Shown here piece by piece: positions 12,930 through 26,900 of a stretch of 64,000 nt of DNA (within the stretch, counting starts at the first letter, position 1; each line of letters starts with the position of its first letter). The stretch comes from Paragordius varius (Eukaryota; Animalia; Nematomorpha): the NCBI GenBank assembly GCA_964247055.1, contig OZ176050.1, positions 2,046,001 through 2,110,000 of the forward strand, in the 5' to 3' direction. The notes beneath the pieces were generated by a model that saw only the letters and a program-made list of their open reading frames with translations, did not search any database and had not been told where the DNA came from. The translations under genes and the position numbers were made by a program.

Positions 12930-14126
12930 TATTTTAACAAAAAAATATAACGCACAACAATTAAAAGGCTTCCTCATCATTATATAACTCTATGGTTAGC
13001 AATTTTAGCACTTGTATCGTATAGCAAATTTCAGAAAATATCAAAAATTTAAGTAATTAATTACTAAACATAACAATTTTTATAAATATAGTTTTAGTTA
13101 AACATATTAGTATTGTGATTCATTATTTTGTAATATTCTAAAACAATAATTATTACAAATCAAGCCAAGAGTATAATATGGATATAGTTATAATAGAGCT
13201 ATGCGAAGTTCATACATTTCGCCAGTAGAGATCCATATTAATTGTTAAATGTTTCTATTAAACCGTCAATAGGGGAAAAAATTATACCTGCTGACAACAT
13301 TAAAGTTTTTTACCCTAGTAAACAATCTTAAAGTCCCATATAATCAATAATAACTGTTTACCATTTAAAGATAAAACTCTGTTTAACTTATAATTTACTA
13401 TATGGTTCTCTGCATATTCAATTCTTTATCCGACTCACTTAAATAGTTCAAATCAGATTCTGTATTAAAGTAAATACGAAACTTTGATATATCTATTCAC
13501 TGGATAATTTTATTCGATTTTAATGGGATGTTTTTTGATTTCGAAAAAAGGTAGGGAGTTGGTAATGGACCCTGTAATAGACATTAAAAAACCTCATTAT
13601 TTTTATTGACTTATTAACGAAGTAGGTGCCCTCTTATTCAATATATGTCGCAAATGCTCGGTTTAGCATATTTTACAAATGTTCATCCATCATATCTCAA
13701 AAAATATTATTTATAAAAACTCCAAACAGCCTTCATTTATACCTTATCAAAAAATTTGAACAAAAAATTAAGCATGCTAGGAATCACATTAAATCCATGT
13801 TGGAAAATATAGCAGCCAAATAATGAAAAGGCGTAGTAAGCTAAGAAAAGTTTTAACATTACTTAACATGTAAGATAAGTTCCATTGTTTACACGGGTTA
13901 GCGATTGTAAGGTGATATTAGCTGATAACAGAGGTGTAGCTTGCATCGCCCCTTGCATTTTAAATATATAATTGAATTGACGACCATTCATAAATGGGTA
14001 ATTTTTTTTTGTATTATTAATAACATTTAAATGCCTCTTTTTTTCATTATTTTTTCCAAAATTAGGGGCCCCTTCAACTATGGCGCTTGGTGCAACAGCC
14101 CCTTCCCCCCTCTAGCTACGCCACTG
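12930..14126. mobile_element. Second copy of the hAT-like element seen at 1-1203
   Basis: Co-linear similarity to 1-1203; ends CTAGCTACGCCACTG. Left boundary uncertain. Confidence 0.65.
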
Positions 14127-14129
14127 TGT

Positions 14130-14420
14130 AGTTTATTTTTGTGATACATGTAATGCTTTCAGCCAATTACCGTTAAGTTTGAGTTAAGCCATCATCCAAC
14201 AAAGCTTGCACTTGATCGTCTTCGCAGTTTGTGGTCTAATTGAACGCCCATTTCACTTTTTAACCTCAACTTTTAAATATTCGAACCCGTGCTTCACATG
14301 TTTTATTTGATGGATCATATTTACCATATGTTTCAACCAGCAAATGAAGAGATTCAACCCTGATATCAGAAAAGCAATGCGAGCCGCAAATGTTGTATTT
14401 CAGGCTTAAAATTCGACCTG
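14130..14420 (-). pseudogene. mariner transposase N-terminal fragment, abutting the hAT end
   Basis: SNFKPEIQHLRLALLF...EDDQVQALLDDGLTQT, with stops. Confidence 0.65.
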
Positions 14421-15399
14421 GTTACTGAATGATAAAAATAAGACGCTTCCTTTTGGCGAACTTATTATGTGTGTTGTAGATTAATGGCAGATAATCAAAA
14501 TGGGGTCTCTATCAAATAAATAATCAGTCTACTTTAAGCCCACGTCTTATCCTAGTTAAAACGACAATGAGTTATGACTACACCTGGTACGATGAAAGTC
14601 GATCTTATCATTTTAGCGACTTTTTGGTTAAATGAAGGATTCGGGCGCAATAACGGTTTTTATCTATATTTTTAGAAGCCAGTTTAAATGTGGAATTTTA
14701 AAAAATAAGGTTAAATTAGAATATTTTAGGTGTTTTTATTTTGATTAAGTTATTAAATTGCTTTCAAGATCAATACAAAAAATATAAATGTAAAATTTTA
14801 GACATTTTGTACAGACAATTTTTTATTTCTTAGGCCTAAATCTTAAAATCCATATGCATACATTATGAAATGAAATGATTAATGAATGCTTCCAGTAAAT
14901 TACCAAAATCTAAATTAAATGTAATTAAATCATGGATTAAATGGATTTAATTTATTATGTTGAATAAGGAGTAGTGGATGAATATTTTATAATGCATTAC
15001 AATGACTGAATGTTATTGGAGATTCGAAAAAAACTTAAAATTATATGACTATAAAACTTTTAATGGTAGATGGTTTTAAATCTCAATGTGTTTTTTATGG
15101 CATAAAATTGCAATCTACTAAAACGAGCCTTCTCCAAACAAATATTTTAGTTTTTAACTATTGAGCACCATCACGCTATATACCGTCACCACAATTATAT
15201 AATACTTGGTAAAGCAATGTTGATAGATTGAAACATTTTAGTTGTAACCCCTCATATTTTTACATTGTTTCTCTTACAATGAAACCAATTAAAAATAAAC
15301 GAAAAACAAAGTCAAATGATGTTTTGATATAACTCGAATTTGGTTCAATAAGCTTTGATCAATAGTTGTGTCTAACCTTTTTTCAAAATTGATTATAAA

Positions 15400-16410
15400 A
15401 GCCGAAAAAATACTATTAAATTGAGTATTATCCTATTTACAATGGAAACAGTTAAGGTGGATTTTTTGGATGAACTTCATAAAATGCATTTTAAGATAAA
15501 TAGTTTTTTGTGTGCCAGGCGTAGTCATGAGTCCAAAGAAGGGGAAGTAGCAATTTTTTCTAATCGGCTTTTACACACTTGGCCCATATCTCTGGCAATA
15601 GAAGAATGCCATGCCAGAAAAACTGAGTGTTTTCAAGGTAAACCATTTGTCAACGTCTTTTAAAATATTCAAGCGATGCTCTGCGCTGTATCCTATTGAT
15701 GTTGTGATGTAATAGTCAGATAACGTCTAGAGACTACATTGGAAGCGGAAGTCCCCATCGAATCAATTTTAAGGCACCTTTCACTGGTTTTGCCGCAAGA
15801 CGGAGCCTCGTCATGTAGCAAAAACACTTTTCTATATCATCTGGCCCATTCCGTCCTTTATGTTAGCGGTAGAGTTGTATATTAGCAATTTCACCCTCTA
15901 GAAGTTTATATTTTTACTGAAACAATTTACCATTGATGTTGATGGACCGGCTTGGCATGGTAAAAAACCCGACATTCTGCAAAATAAAGCCACTTATCAC
16001 GCGTCACAACTCGGCGCAAAAAGATTATCTTTCGTGAAGTTGAGGAATTCACAAATCCCTTTGATTTTTGATTTAACGTTATTCGTGTGGGGACTCATTT
16101 ATCGAGTAGACTGATCCATCGCTCGTACACGTCTACTGATTGTTTTTTGTTATAGGCGTAATGTTGCCAATTGTTTCTGGGTTTAGGTCATCGTCCAATA
16201 ATTCTTGAATTTTATCGTCTTGGCAGTTATTTCCCGAAAGCCCAATCCTATTATTATAACATTTACAAATTTAAATCGATGAACTGGATGTTTCTGACTG
16301 TACGATGATGGCAATGCGTACCGCAAACGCTCTTTTTCACGGATGAAATTCGCCATGATTACTGAACATAAAAATAAGACGCTAACTTTTGACGGACTCA
16401 AATTGTGTGT
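15400..16410 (-). pseudogene. Decayed mariner (DD34D) transposase
   Basis: Fragments QKTISRR, FLLHDEAP (LLHDNARPH), SDYY (SDYHLF), FFWHGILLLPEIWAKCV (FF..GI..LP.RW.KCV). Confidence 0.75.
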
Positions 16411-17829
16411 GTTAGTTTAAAGCCAAATATATAAAATAATCTCTGTATCAAATTAATCGTCTGCGTACATTTTGCTGACCTCACCTCTTAAAACCAGTTT
16501 AGATTCGATAAATTAAAAATTATAGAGTTTTTAGCATCCAAACAGCCTTTTGTATCCCTATATAATAAGTTTATACCAACCAATATTAACAAAATATCAA
16601 AATGCAAAATATATAAAAATATTTTTTGCTGTTCTCTTGTGCAAGAATTGATTTTATTGTATAATCAACTTGTCAATATTTTTATTAAAGCAGAATAATA
16701 TTTCCAAAAAAAACAAAAAAATATTTTAAATAATACAATTTAAAACTGTGTATAAAAATTTTGAAAATAGTAAATTACCAAATAGCTCTGTGAACTCACT
16801 ATTTTCCCATGAACATATATAATTTAAAAATTATTATTGTATATTAAGCATTACATAATAAATCTATATTTATGATTCGATAATCGCTAAGACCGTTCGT
16901 CATAAAATATGATTAGTTTTATAAATTTCAACTTTTTGGAAAAACGGTAATTTTTTCACAAAATTTTTTTTATGATTTATTCCAACCACAAATGTAGACA
17001 CCTAGTTTCTAATGTGAGATTAGTCTGTCTTATTTTTGTATATTATGCAGCAAGTTAATTCAAAACCTTGACGTATTATTATTATACACCAACAAATAAA
17101 TTATTTATGGGAAAGTTTAATTATTATTTTATTTGATTGTGCTATTTTGATTTGTTAATTAACATATCCATCTAACTCTAGAATTAGATCTATTTATTGT
17201 AGGCGTTAGTGGTAAAACTTGGCGTAAAAAATCCTCTCATAGCAATTTCAAACTGTATTGGGGGGGGGGACTTTTCTTTAAACCTAATTTATTCATTAAT
17301 AAACTCACCTCTTACGTTATTTATAATTATAATAATTGTTAAATGTCGTGATTCTCATTTGGATATTATACATATATATATCACGAAAATTAAATATCGC
17401 ACAAATTATAATAAATTATTATCAATTTTTAATTAAAACACACAACCACCAGAAATGTGGATTGAGAAGAAACCAAAGAAAGGACGACAAATCACAAAAT
17501 ATTATTAATTTATTTTTGCAAATTATATTAGCGCGCACACACACATCTATTTTCCTAAAGTAAAAGGGAAGCAGGAAAAAGCAAGGTGAGAAAAATACAT
17601 AATATTTTTTTTGGTTCTCTATCGACACAATATATCAGCACATCCACTTTTTTAATTATAATTATATTCATTACTAACACTTTATAACTTTTATACAATT
17701 TGTATTCTTTGCAGAATTACGATATTTTTGTCCGAATTTTTATCTACCAATATCACGAACTTTCTTACATTTCGTACAAACTTTGGATCGAACCCTTGTG
17801 ATTTTTTTTATATTTCAAAAAAAGTGCAA

Positions 17830-20800
17830 ATGAATATTAAGATTTTCTTGGGAGCTTACCGATTTTGTCTGTTGGCACTCTTTGTTGGACTTATTCTGCC
17901 AGGTTTAATCAAATTCGTATATAATTTTTTCGGGGGGTACATATTTTTCTTGGAAAATTATCAGATTTTAACATTTTTTTCAAGAGCTTATTAAAACATG
18001 GGATTTGAATTTTTTAATGTTAAATATATGTAATCAAGTTATAATTTGTTAAATAATATCGTGTTTTTTGTGCGAAGAAATTTTCAAGTCTATTATCTAA
18101 AATTCGTTAACTTAGTTAATGATAATTAAAACACGCTAAACTAGCTACATTTGCGATATTCCATTAAGAAAATTAGGCTTTGTATATAGACAAAGAGGTA
18201 CATATCATCAATCCTTAATTGTGATTTTATAGAGAAAGTTACAACAAATTAATTTTTAATTTCCTTTACCTAATCATAAATATGTATGTATCCAATATAA
18301 CTCCTACAGATATGTATGCACAACTTAATTAAAACACCAATAATACTAATTTTTATATTATTAATACTGGTATTTTTTAGAATTCATAAGGCTTCTGTTA
18401 GTACATCTACCGTATTATTTTGGGTTAAAATATCAATAATTAAATATTGATTGATTTTAAACCAACATTTTTGTATTCAAATAAATGATAGTAACTTAAT
18501 TAAGGTGAAAATGTTCGAAATGGACTGTAGGTCTTATGAACGTTGATAATATATGCGCAGGATTTATAATAACAATATCAAAATTAAATTTGGCATCTGT
18601 AAAATATCAATTTCGTCTCAATTTTAAAAAATATCATCCATTTCAAAATTAAGATAAATGATTTCATATACAAAGATTAAAATTATTGGGACTAACTTTT
18701 TTAAAAAACTTCCTTTCAAACTAATTTATATAGATTGAAATCGCACATGATTTTATTAAGCATTAAAAATAGGCGTAATGTTATTGTAAAGCATAATTAA
18801 CTCTTGGATATAAAGTTTGTTATATTTTGTTGCTTCCATTTTCTCGGTCATAATTTAGTTGTCAACAAGCGTATCCAAGTCATTACAAATTCTCTTTAGA
18901 TTAGTTTATGAATAGTTTTGCTATAAAGTACTTGATTAAGGGGGTCAAATCTAAAAAAAGATGCAGATTTCATGGCAGCCTAGGTTACTATTTTGCAAAA
19001 AAATATCTGAAGTCGTGTAAAAGGCTTGCAAGAATTATCAAAACTCTCCTAAATTTAACATTTTAAACGTAACATTTGGATTTCGCCGCTACCATAGTGT
19101 GTAGATGGTTAATGTGTTTAATTCCCAAATCTATCTCTTCTTCGGAGAATCGGTCGTTGGTTTTATATGATCACAAAATATAATCTTTTTTTATTCTATT
19201 TCATAATATATTCAATAAATCAATTTGTTTTGGTACATTATTTCTCTAAAGATGGAACCAAATCTTGTTAATATGATACCATCATTAACTCTTATCTAAA
19301 ATTGTTTGAGAGTTTGTACTGCTCATAAAACCAGATAGTTTAATATTAAAATCATCGAAACTCTTGAGCAAGCGGGAGGGGTGATTAAAAAATTTACCCA
19401 TACTTTCAATATTTCGACCGTAAGTTAATTAAAATTAAAAATATTTCCAATATATATAAAAGCGATGTGCTTTTTATATACTACTCACGGTTAAATGTTA
19501 TGAACGGCCTAATATTTTAGTAGTAGAACTTAAGTTAAGTACTAAATACAAAATATTTTTAAGGCATAGATGCAAATAACCGTTATGAAAGATTTCAGGC
19601 TTAGATATTTTTTCCTTATGGAAAAAAATAATATTTGGCCATAAATCACCATTAATAAGTGTAATGAAAATATCTTAAGAGTTTATTTCTCCCACATTTT
19701 GTGTGTTAAGTTAAAATAAAAGGTTGTCTACAAGTTAATATTTTTACCTATTTATCATTTTTATTAATTAAAGAAGATCTAGACATGCTGAGTGTCTAGT
19801 TATTTTACGCTCTAATCTTGTCCAAAGCCAGGCTTATTTTATTAACTACTTTAAAAATTAATCAATCATTTTTTGTTCAAATCTATGTCTTATGGTTTTC
19901 TAAAAAAATTTGCAAAACGTGATTAAACCCTAAATTTTGTTTGTTAATATCATCTTTTTTTGTAAAAATTGATGATTAATGTAATTTAATTGAAATTTAT
20001 GAAACAGTAAAATTTTAAGGCTGTTAAAATTTTTTAGAAACTTTTTTCCCATTTGAATACGGGAAATATTTAATTATGAGAGATTATTAATATATATAAC
20101 TTTACCATATACCTGCATTTTATTATTAGTATTAATATGGTAATTTTTTAAATTATATAATTTAGTTTTGTTATTAATTTTGTAAGTTTTGAATACGAAG
20201 GCCAAAGATTTTCGATTTAAATTATGACTCTACTGGAATTATAGTATAATAATAATTATTATTCTTACCAAGTTTGGCTCCGACTTATTTTTAATTAAGT
20301 TAGGACCTGAATACTGTTGCACAAACCTTTGTATTTGGATTGTAACCAAACTATATTCAGTTTTAAGTTCTGATTCAAATTTGATTAAATTTTTTTATAA
20401 ATTAGGTATTTAAGAAAAAAATCTTAGTTTTCCTAAAACGCAAAGGACTATCAATTTATTTAACATTTTTTAACCTTGTTAAAATATAAATAATACAGAT
20501 TAGGGTTTACTATTTGGTTAAGAGGCCCTTCACATATACAACCACTGATTTAATACCTCATGATTTTATGGCTTTTAAATATTTTCATTAGGTGGTTAAA
20601 AACAATTTTTTACATTATTCCTGAATTGGCTACAGACTTAAATCTATTATCTCGTTTTAGGTGTGGAGAGTCAAGGTAAAGCCCTCCTACCATTTCCTCG
20701 TATAGGTCGGGGCGGAGGAGGTGGCGGATATTACGATTATGAGGCCGCTTATTACCCGCGTGTACGATTTGCTCGCAGATACGATGATTATCCCACGTAC

Positions 20801-20920
20801 CTTAAGCTAAAAAAGCGTGCCATGATTCCACAAATGCGCTTCGGTCGATCACTCGGTAAGGAAAGCAATGCAATGAGTGGAAGGGCTTGGGCTGATATTC
20901 CATACCCAAGATTGGGTTAA
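17830..20920 (+). CDS. CAPA/PRXamide-like neuropeptide precursor; exons 17830-17902 (signal peptide) and 20661-20920
   Basis: Phase-1 GT/AG join gives MNIKIFLGAYRFCLLALFVGLILPGVES-QGKALLPFPRI-GR...KKR-AMIPQMRF-GR...GR-AWADIPYPRL-G*. Hydrophobic signal, Gly amide donors and basic cleavage sites are present. Exon 1 pairing is inferred. Confidence 0.8.
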
Positions 20921-23900
20921 AAGACACAGAAAATGTGGCTCCTTAAACAAAATTCTGCTAGAAAACATACGCATGAATTCTCTCTCTCTCATAATTTAAT
21001 TTTTTGGCATATATCACTTAATCTATCTATATCCATATATAATACGTTTTTACCTTTAAATATATTATATTTTAATCTTTGATTTAATGTGCCTCTTATT
21101 GAATATTGTATTTGAATTATCTTAACCAAATACTACTATTTTTAAGCCATTGTAAATCTGTTTTTATGTCACAAGAATTTAAACCTAATTTTTAAATAAA
21201 TAACGTTAAAATTTGTTAATTTTTTTAAATTAAATCGTATTATAAATTCCCCCATTATAAACTTCACATTGTTAATATCAATATCAATTGATATTAAGAT
21301 ATTTAAAAAGATTTGATAAAAATAACAATTAAATCGAAAAGTATATTTTAGACATAACTATTTTTTATAATTCGGCAATAAAACCATATAATTTGAAAAT
21401 AGTAACAAGCTATACATTTTAATTTATTTTAGAGCTAAACTTCATTTTTTGTGACACTTTCCAATTTCATAAAAATTACCCCTTTTTAAAACCTCGATAA
21501 TTGTGGTGCGAAATGAAAAAGCATATAATCACTGTTTATTGCTGTGTGGTGTGATCAAAGTTGGCTTAAAACAGGAAATCAATTAATTTCTAATTTATGA
21601 TTTTTTTTAATTTACATTGAATGAATGCAGTTGTAGTTTTTTTTATAATTAAGGATGATTTTCGCAATATAAATAGGCACAAACACAGCAGAATTATTCA
21701 GCAGTATTATATAGTTGTATTACTAAAATTTATAAATATAGCTAACATATATCATCCTCTGGGAGAATACAATGAAAAGGGATGATATTAATTAAAAAAA
21801 TAATTTTTGGCTTAACCAGCAAAATCACAAATAAAAAGATTTATTAATGGATGCTCTTTACTTCATAATCCTTTTTTGACAGGCAGGTAAGTTAAAGCAT
21901 GATATTAAATCATAAATTATGTAAAGAAATAAGACCAAGTATAAAAAATATTAAACTGATGCATCGCCGAAATTTCATTATTTAATTATCGATATTTAAA
22001 TATGATTTATTTAAAAATATTAATATGTGAATATTTTTTGCAAAGAATATGTAATGCATATAAAAAACATATGGCTTAAGTCAATTATTATTCTTATTAT
22101 AGTATCGATACCCTAAACTTATCATATGCTTTGAATTTACCATAAGACCAAGGGGTTAAAAATTTGCCAATTTTGGATTATCCAGTTTTGAAACATAAAA
22201 ATTAAAATATCTCGTTAAATATAAACAAGTTAAATTTTTATCTGACTGTAAACAGTCAGTCTCCTTTGATATTTTATATTTTTGATTAATACACCAATAG
22301 ATAATATTTCAATAATAAGAAGTAACGCATTCAAAAATGTTTTTATAATAAAACCTGAAGTAATTCATCAGTAAAAATTTATGGAGTTCAACTAAATAAT
22401 CAGTTATGTCTAAAAGCGCATGCTTTTTTGTTGGCTTCTTAAATTTTGTATTAAAAATATGTGATCAGCCCTTTCGGTACCTGATATTAGGAATAAATAT
22501 ACTTTTTATTCAATGATACAAATTAGATATAAATTTTCCTATACTAGCTTAATGAATATTTTGTTATCTTTCTATTAAAGGTTATTTATTTATAATTAAC
22601 AAACCTGTTAATTATTATTTGGTGCAAATTTTAGTAATAGTAATCTAGTGTGTATGAACCGAATAAAACAAGTTTTTTGTTATTTTTCAATTAAAAAATT
22701 TTACAGATTATACACAAAATAAAATACTACTGATTTTATTTCTACAAAGCATTTTTGACATTTAACTCTTGAAATGTCCAAAATGTTTTAATAGCGTTTA
22801 GACCAAATTTGGTGTCAAATTGCGAAATTTCAAAAAAAACGCGATACTGAAATGGGGCTTTCTTATTTTAGGAAATGCAGAAATTGAGCTTTATTTTTTT
22901 ATATGCACACTTTTTATTATATTTTAATAGATATATGTATTAAATATGACATTCGTAGAAAATGCCGCGAAAAAGGTTTTTGGACATTCAATGATCATTT
23001 AAAATAAAGGTAAATGCTTTATTTTAAATGATCACTAAATTATATTTTGGCGGCCAAAAGTCAACTCTTTAAAATGGTTTTTCTTAATATTTTATAAACT
23101 TTTTGGGGTGTATATATTTTAGAGCGATTGGAAATTCGAATAGCTTAAAAAATATTTTACATGTTAAGCCTATATTGAAAATATGATTTTATTAGCCTTT
23201 TAAAAAAGAATCATTATCTCAAACCTACCGCCATTTTTTTAAAATTTAATAATTTGATCGCTGTAATTGAAAAATGTAAATAACTAACTGTAAAAGCTTT
23301 CAGGGTACATTCTACCAATTGATTTTAAGATCAGCTGTTCTCCGTCGGTCTTTGGAACAGCCAAATTTTAGACTTTAGAAATCATAAACTATAAAAAATT
23401 TAAGCTTTTTATCTAGTACATGAGAACAATGTTTGCTAATTAAATTTTTACTAAAATATATAAAAACAGCGATTAGCAAAATTGAGCTAGGGTGTATAAA
23501 ACTACGCCATATATCAACTGGGACAAAAATGAAAAACGAAGTGAAAATTTAAAATATATATTTTAAAGATTAAAATTATCGGCGTTGATATTGTTGATAA
23601 TATTAGCTCTACGTTTTAATCGTATTTTAGATATCTAAAATCGGGAATCTTAGAAAATTGTAATTCTACAAGGTTTGATAATTGAATTTTAACCAATAAA
23701 AAGTGGCTGCTTTGACTTTATGCTTTGGGATATAAATTATCCCAAAATGTCTGTCAGACTATATAGACACCAATTCTAATTTCTCGGATTGTTTATGGAA
23801 ATATTTTAACTTAATTCAAATGTTTGATGGGCCACATAAATTTGAGGGCGGCATGTTAAGGACTTCTATATATTTTACTGATTTGAATTGTTAGAAACGC

Positions 23901-23985
23901 AGTCGAAAATATTTTGTTAAATAATAATATACGAACTCATATCGTTAACTTTTGAGTGTTTTATAACATGCTTTTCATATGTTAA

Positions 23986-26900
23986 ATGGAACTGATACGA
24001 GAGTGTCTTTATCAAATATCCATTTCTGGAAATATTGGGATAGAAAAGTCCGCTCTGCTTACAAAGCTTAAATCTAAATATAAATCATTACATCCCAACA
24101 TAGTTATAAAACTTTGGATATCTTTATTACATAATCCCAATATCATTACATATTGCCAAGATGCCAAAGATAAAAATCGTTTAGAATTATATAATTCAAC
24201 CAAACATGAAACTGAAGATGCATTTTTATTTATAGCTCAGCTATTTTGTGGCAATCGTGTCTATAATATATATTTTCACGATTACATTCTTATAAAAAAC
24301 TTTTATCCCATCTTACAGCGTTTAGCCAAACACCCCAATGAAAAATTGCTCTCCAAGTTTTTGCAAGGAAATACAAAATATAAAAGAAAGGCTGAAATGA
24401 GAATTTTAAATTTTTTGCAGGATTTTGGATTCGTTAAAATAAGCTCGGATAAAGATAGAATAATATGTCTTACAAGGTAAATGATAAATTTAATTATATT
24501 TTAGAAATGTTTGTGAACTAACACACCCCAATGAAATCGGTGATTCAACAGAAACTTCTTCACTGAACGAGGAAATGACAGATGATATGGAATGCATTAA
24601 AGATGAAAAAACCTCCCTATTTACCCAGAGACTAGTTTATTTGGATGCACGAATCCCTTTACTCTTTCAAATCATAAAGTTTCCTTTTTTTCCTTTATGA
24701 TACAATCACATATAACTTTTATATCGCTTTAAACCATATTTTGTACAGACCTTTTAACTGCTTTTTGGGAAAAACATCTTTGTCCCTCTCTATGCGAAAA
24801 AAATAAAACTGATTTTATCATTTCAGCTGCCTAAACAATACAGTTGTTTTTTAAACATATTTAAAACAATTTAAAGAAAATATCTTCTGAAATTGGCTTA
24901 ATTCTAAGTTCCATGTAGGGTTATTTATTATTTCTTTTTAAAGTTATTTAAGTATGAACGGAAATTATAAAAAACTTACATCTTTTTTTGGCATTATGCT
25001 CTTTTTTACTATTTTTCATATGTTTTAATTGGAAAACGTTGCGCTTTTCCCACAATTACCCAATTTTAACTAAAAATAGTTAACAATATTTCTTAAAAAT
25101 ATTGGTATTTAAATTCATTTTGTGCCGTCCCGCAATTTTCACAAATGGACGCATGTACCAAAAATTAATTATACGGAATTTTTAACAGTTTTATATTCAC
25201 TAAAACTAATGTTGAATTTGACCGGTCATAAATACATTCATTACCGTGACAAATAAGGCAAATTATAAATGGTGATTTATTTTTATAAAAATGGACAACC
25301 CGCAATGAATTATAGGGATTGTGAAATCTAATATCATATTTATTTATTAAATAGTATACCGGAACAACGTAAAATTAAGATAATGTGTATTAATTAAAAT
25401 TGTTGTGATATTTAAACTTTTTTACAAACACATACATACATTTTATTAGTTATATTTTAAATATAAATGTGCACCACAATTTTAAAAATATGTATTTTAT
25501 TCTACGAATATTATAACACTGTGTCCAAAAAAGAGGGTCATTTTGATTTAACGAAATTTTTTTTTCATGAGATAGCTTATGAAAAGCGTATTCATTTGCC
25601 GCAAAAATTTTTATTTGTTGACAACTTATTTTTTAAAATATTGAGAGAAAATCGAAATCGGGCAAAAAGTGAAAATCAAAGATAATTAATGATAATTCAA
25701 AAAATAATGATGAAATCTGAAATATTATTGTTTATTATCATTTTAGGAGATATTTTCAATATATAAATAGCCTAAAATCATATAGTTAGGGTTTCTATAA
25801 AATCTCAGGTCAAAAGATAGCGTTTTTCTTTTATCACACTTAAAAGACCAAAAAAATTTAATGAAACTATATTAAAATAATTTTTTTTTAATTATTTACT
25901 ACCTAAACTCACTATAAATATCTTAACATTTATATATTCAGGGAAATAAACTTCTATATCAACCAAAAATATTGTTTTTTATTTTTGCATTTTTTTGTCA
26001 TCTGGTTTATGAGTGTATAAAAATTTTTTACTGTTTTTTTTTATTTTGGATTCTTACATGAGTTGAATTATTAAGTATATAATTTATGCAAAATAGTATT
26101 GAAAATTAGTGGAAAACCAACAATTCGTACAAATCCCAATTCAAATATTAATTTGTCATAAAACAGACTTGTTACAGGAAATTGTAAGGATAGTTGGTTT
26201 CCTCTACTTTTAAATCCTATTGCATTAATAATTCCTAATCATGTAAGAATCCAAAATAAAACAGTATAAATTTTTTAAATACTCAAAAACCAGATGAGAA
26301 AATGCATAAATAAAAAACAATATTTTTGGTTTTATTTTGATATAGAAGTTTTTTACCGAATAAAATATGAATGTTAAGATTTTAATAAGTTGTTTAGGTA
26401 GTAAATAATTAGAAAAAATTATTTTAATATAGTTTCATTAAATTTTTTTTGTCTTTTAAGTGTGATAAAAGAAAAACGCTATCTTTTGACCTGAGATTTT
26501 ATAGAAACCCTAACTATATGATTTTAGGTTATTTATATATTGAAAATATCTCCTAAAATGATAATAAACGATAATATTTCAGATTTTATCATTATTTTTT
26601 GAATTATCCTTAAATATCTTTAATTTTCCCTTTTTGCCCGATTTCGATTTTCTCTTAATGTTTCAAAAACTAGATTGTCAACAAATACGATTTTTTGCGG
26701 CAAATGGATACGCTTGTCATAAGCTATCTCATGAAAAAAATTTTCGTTAAATTTTTTTTTGCACACAGTGTAAGAATTCCACGTATAATAACGCACGAAC
26801 ATAAACGCCAAAATCGATTAATATAATAATAATATGATGTAAGAATGCAATGTTGTGTCATATCAACATATCATTTTCTTCCTCCTCTAAAAAACGCCTA

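Noticed and set aside
25467-26811. Short ORFs 25467-25685, 26620-26811 and 60066-60290 as genes
   Set aside because: They lie in the inverted arms of the palindromic MITE and have no transposase motifs.
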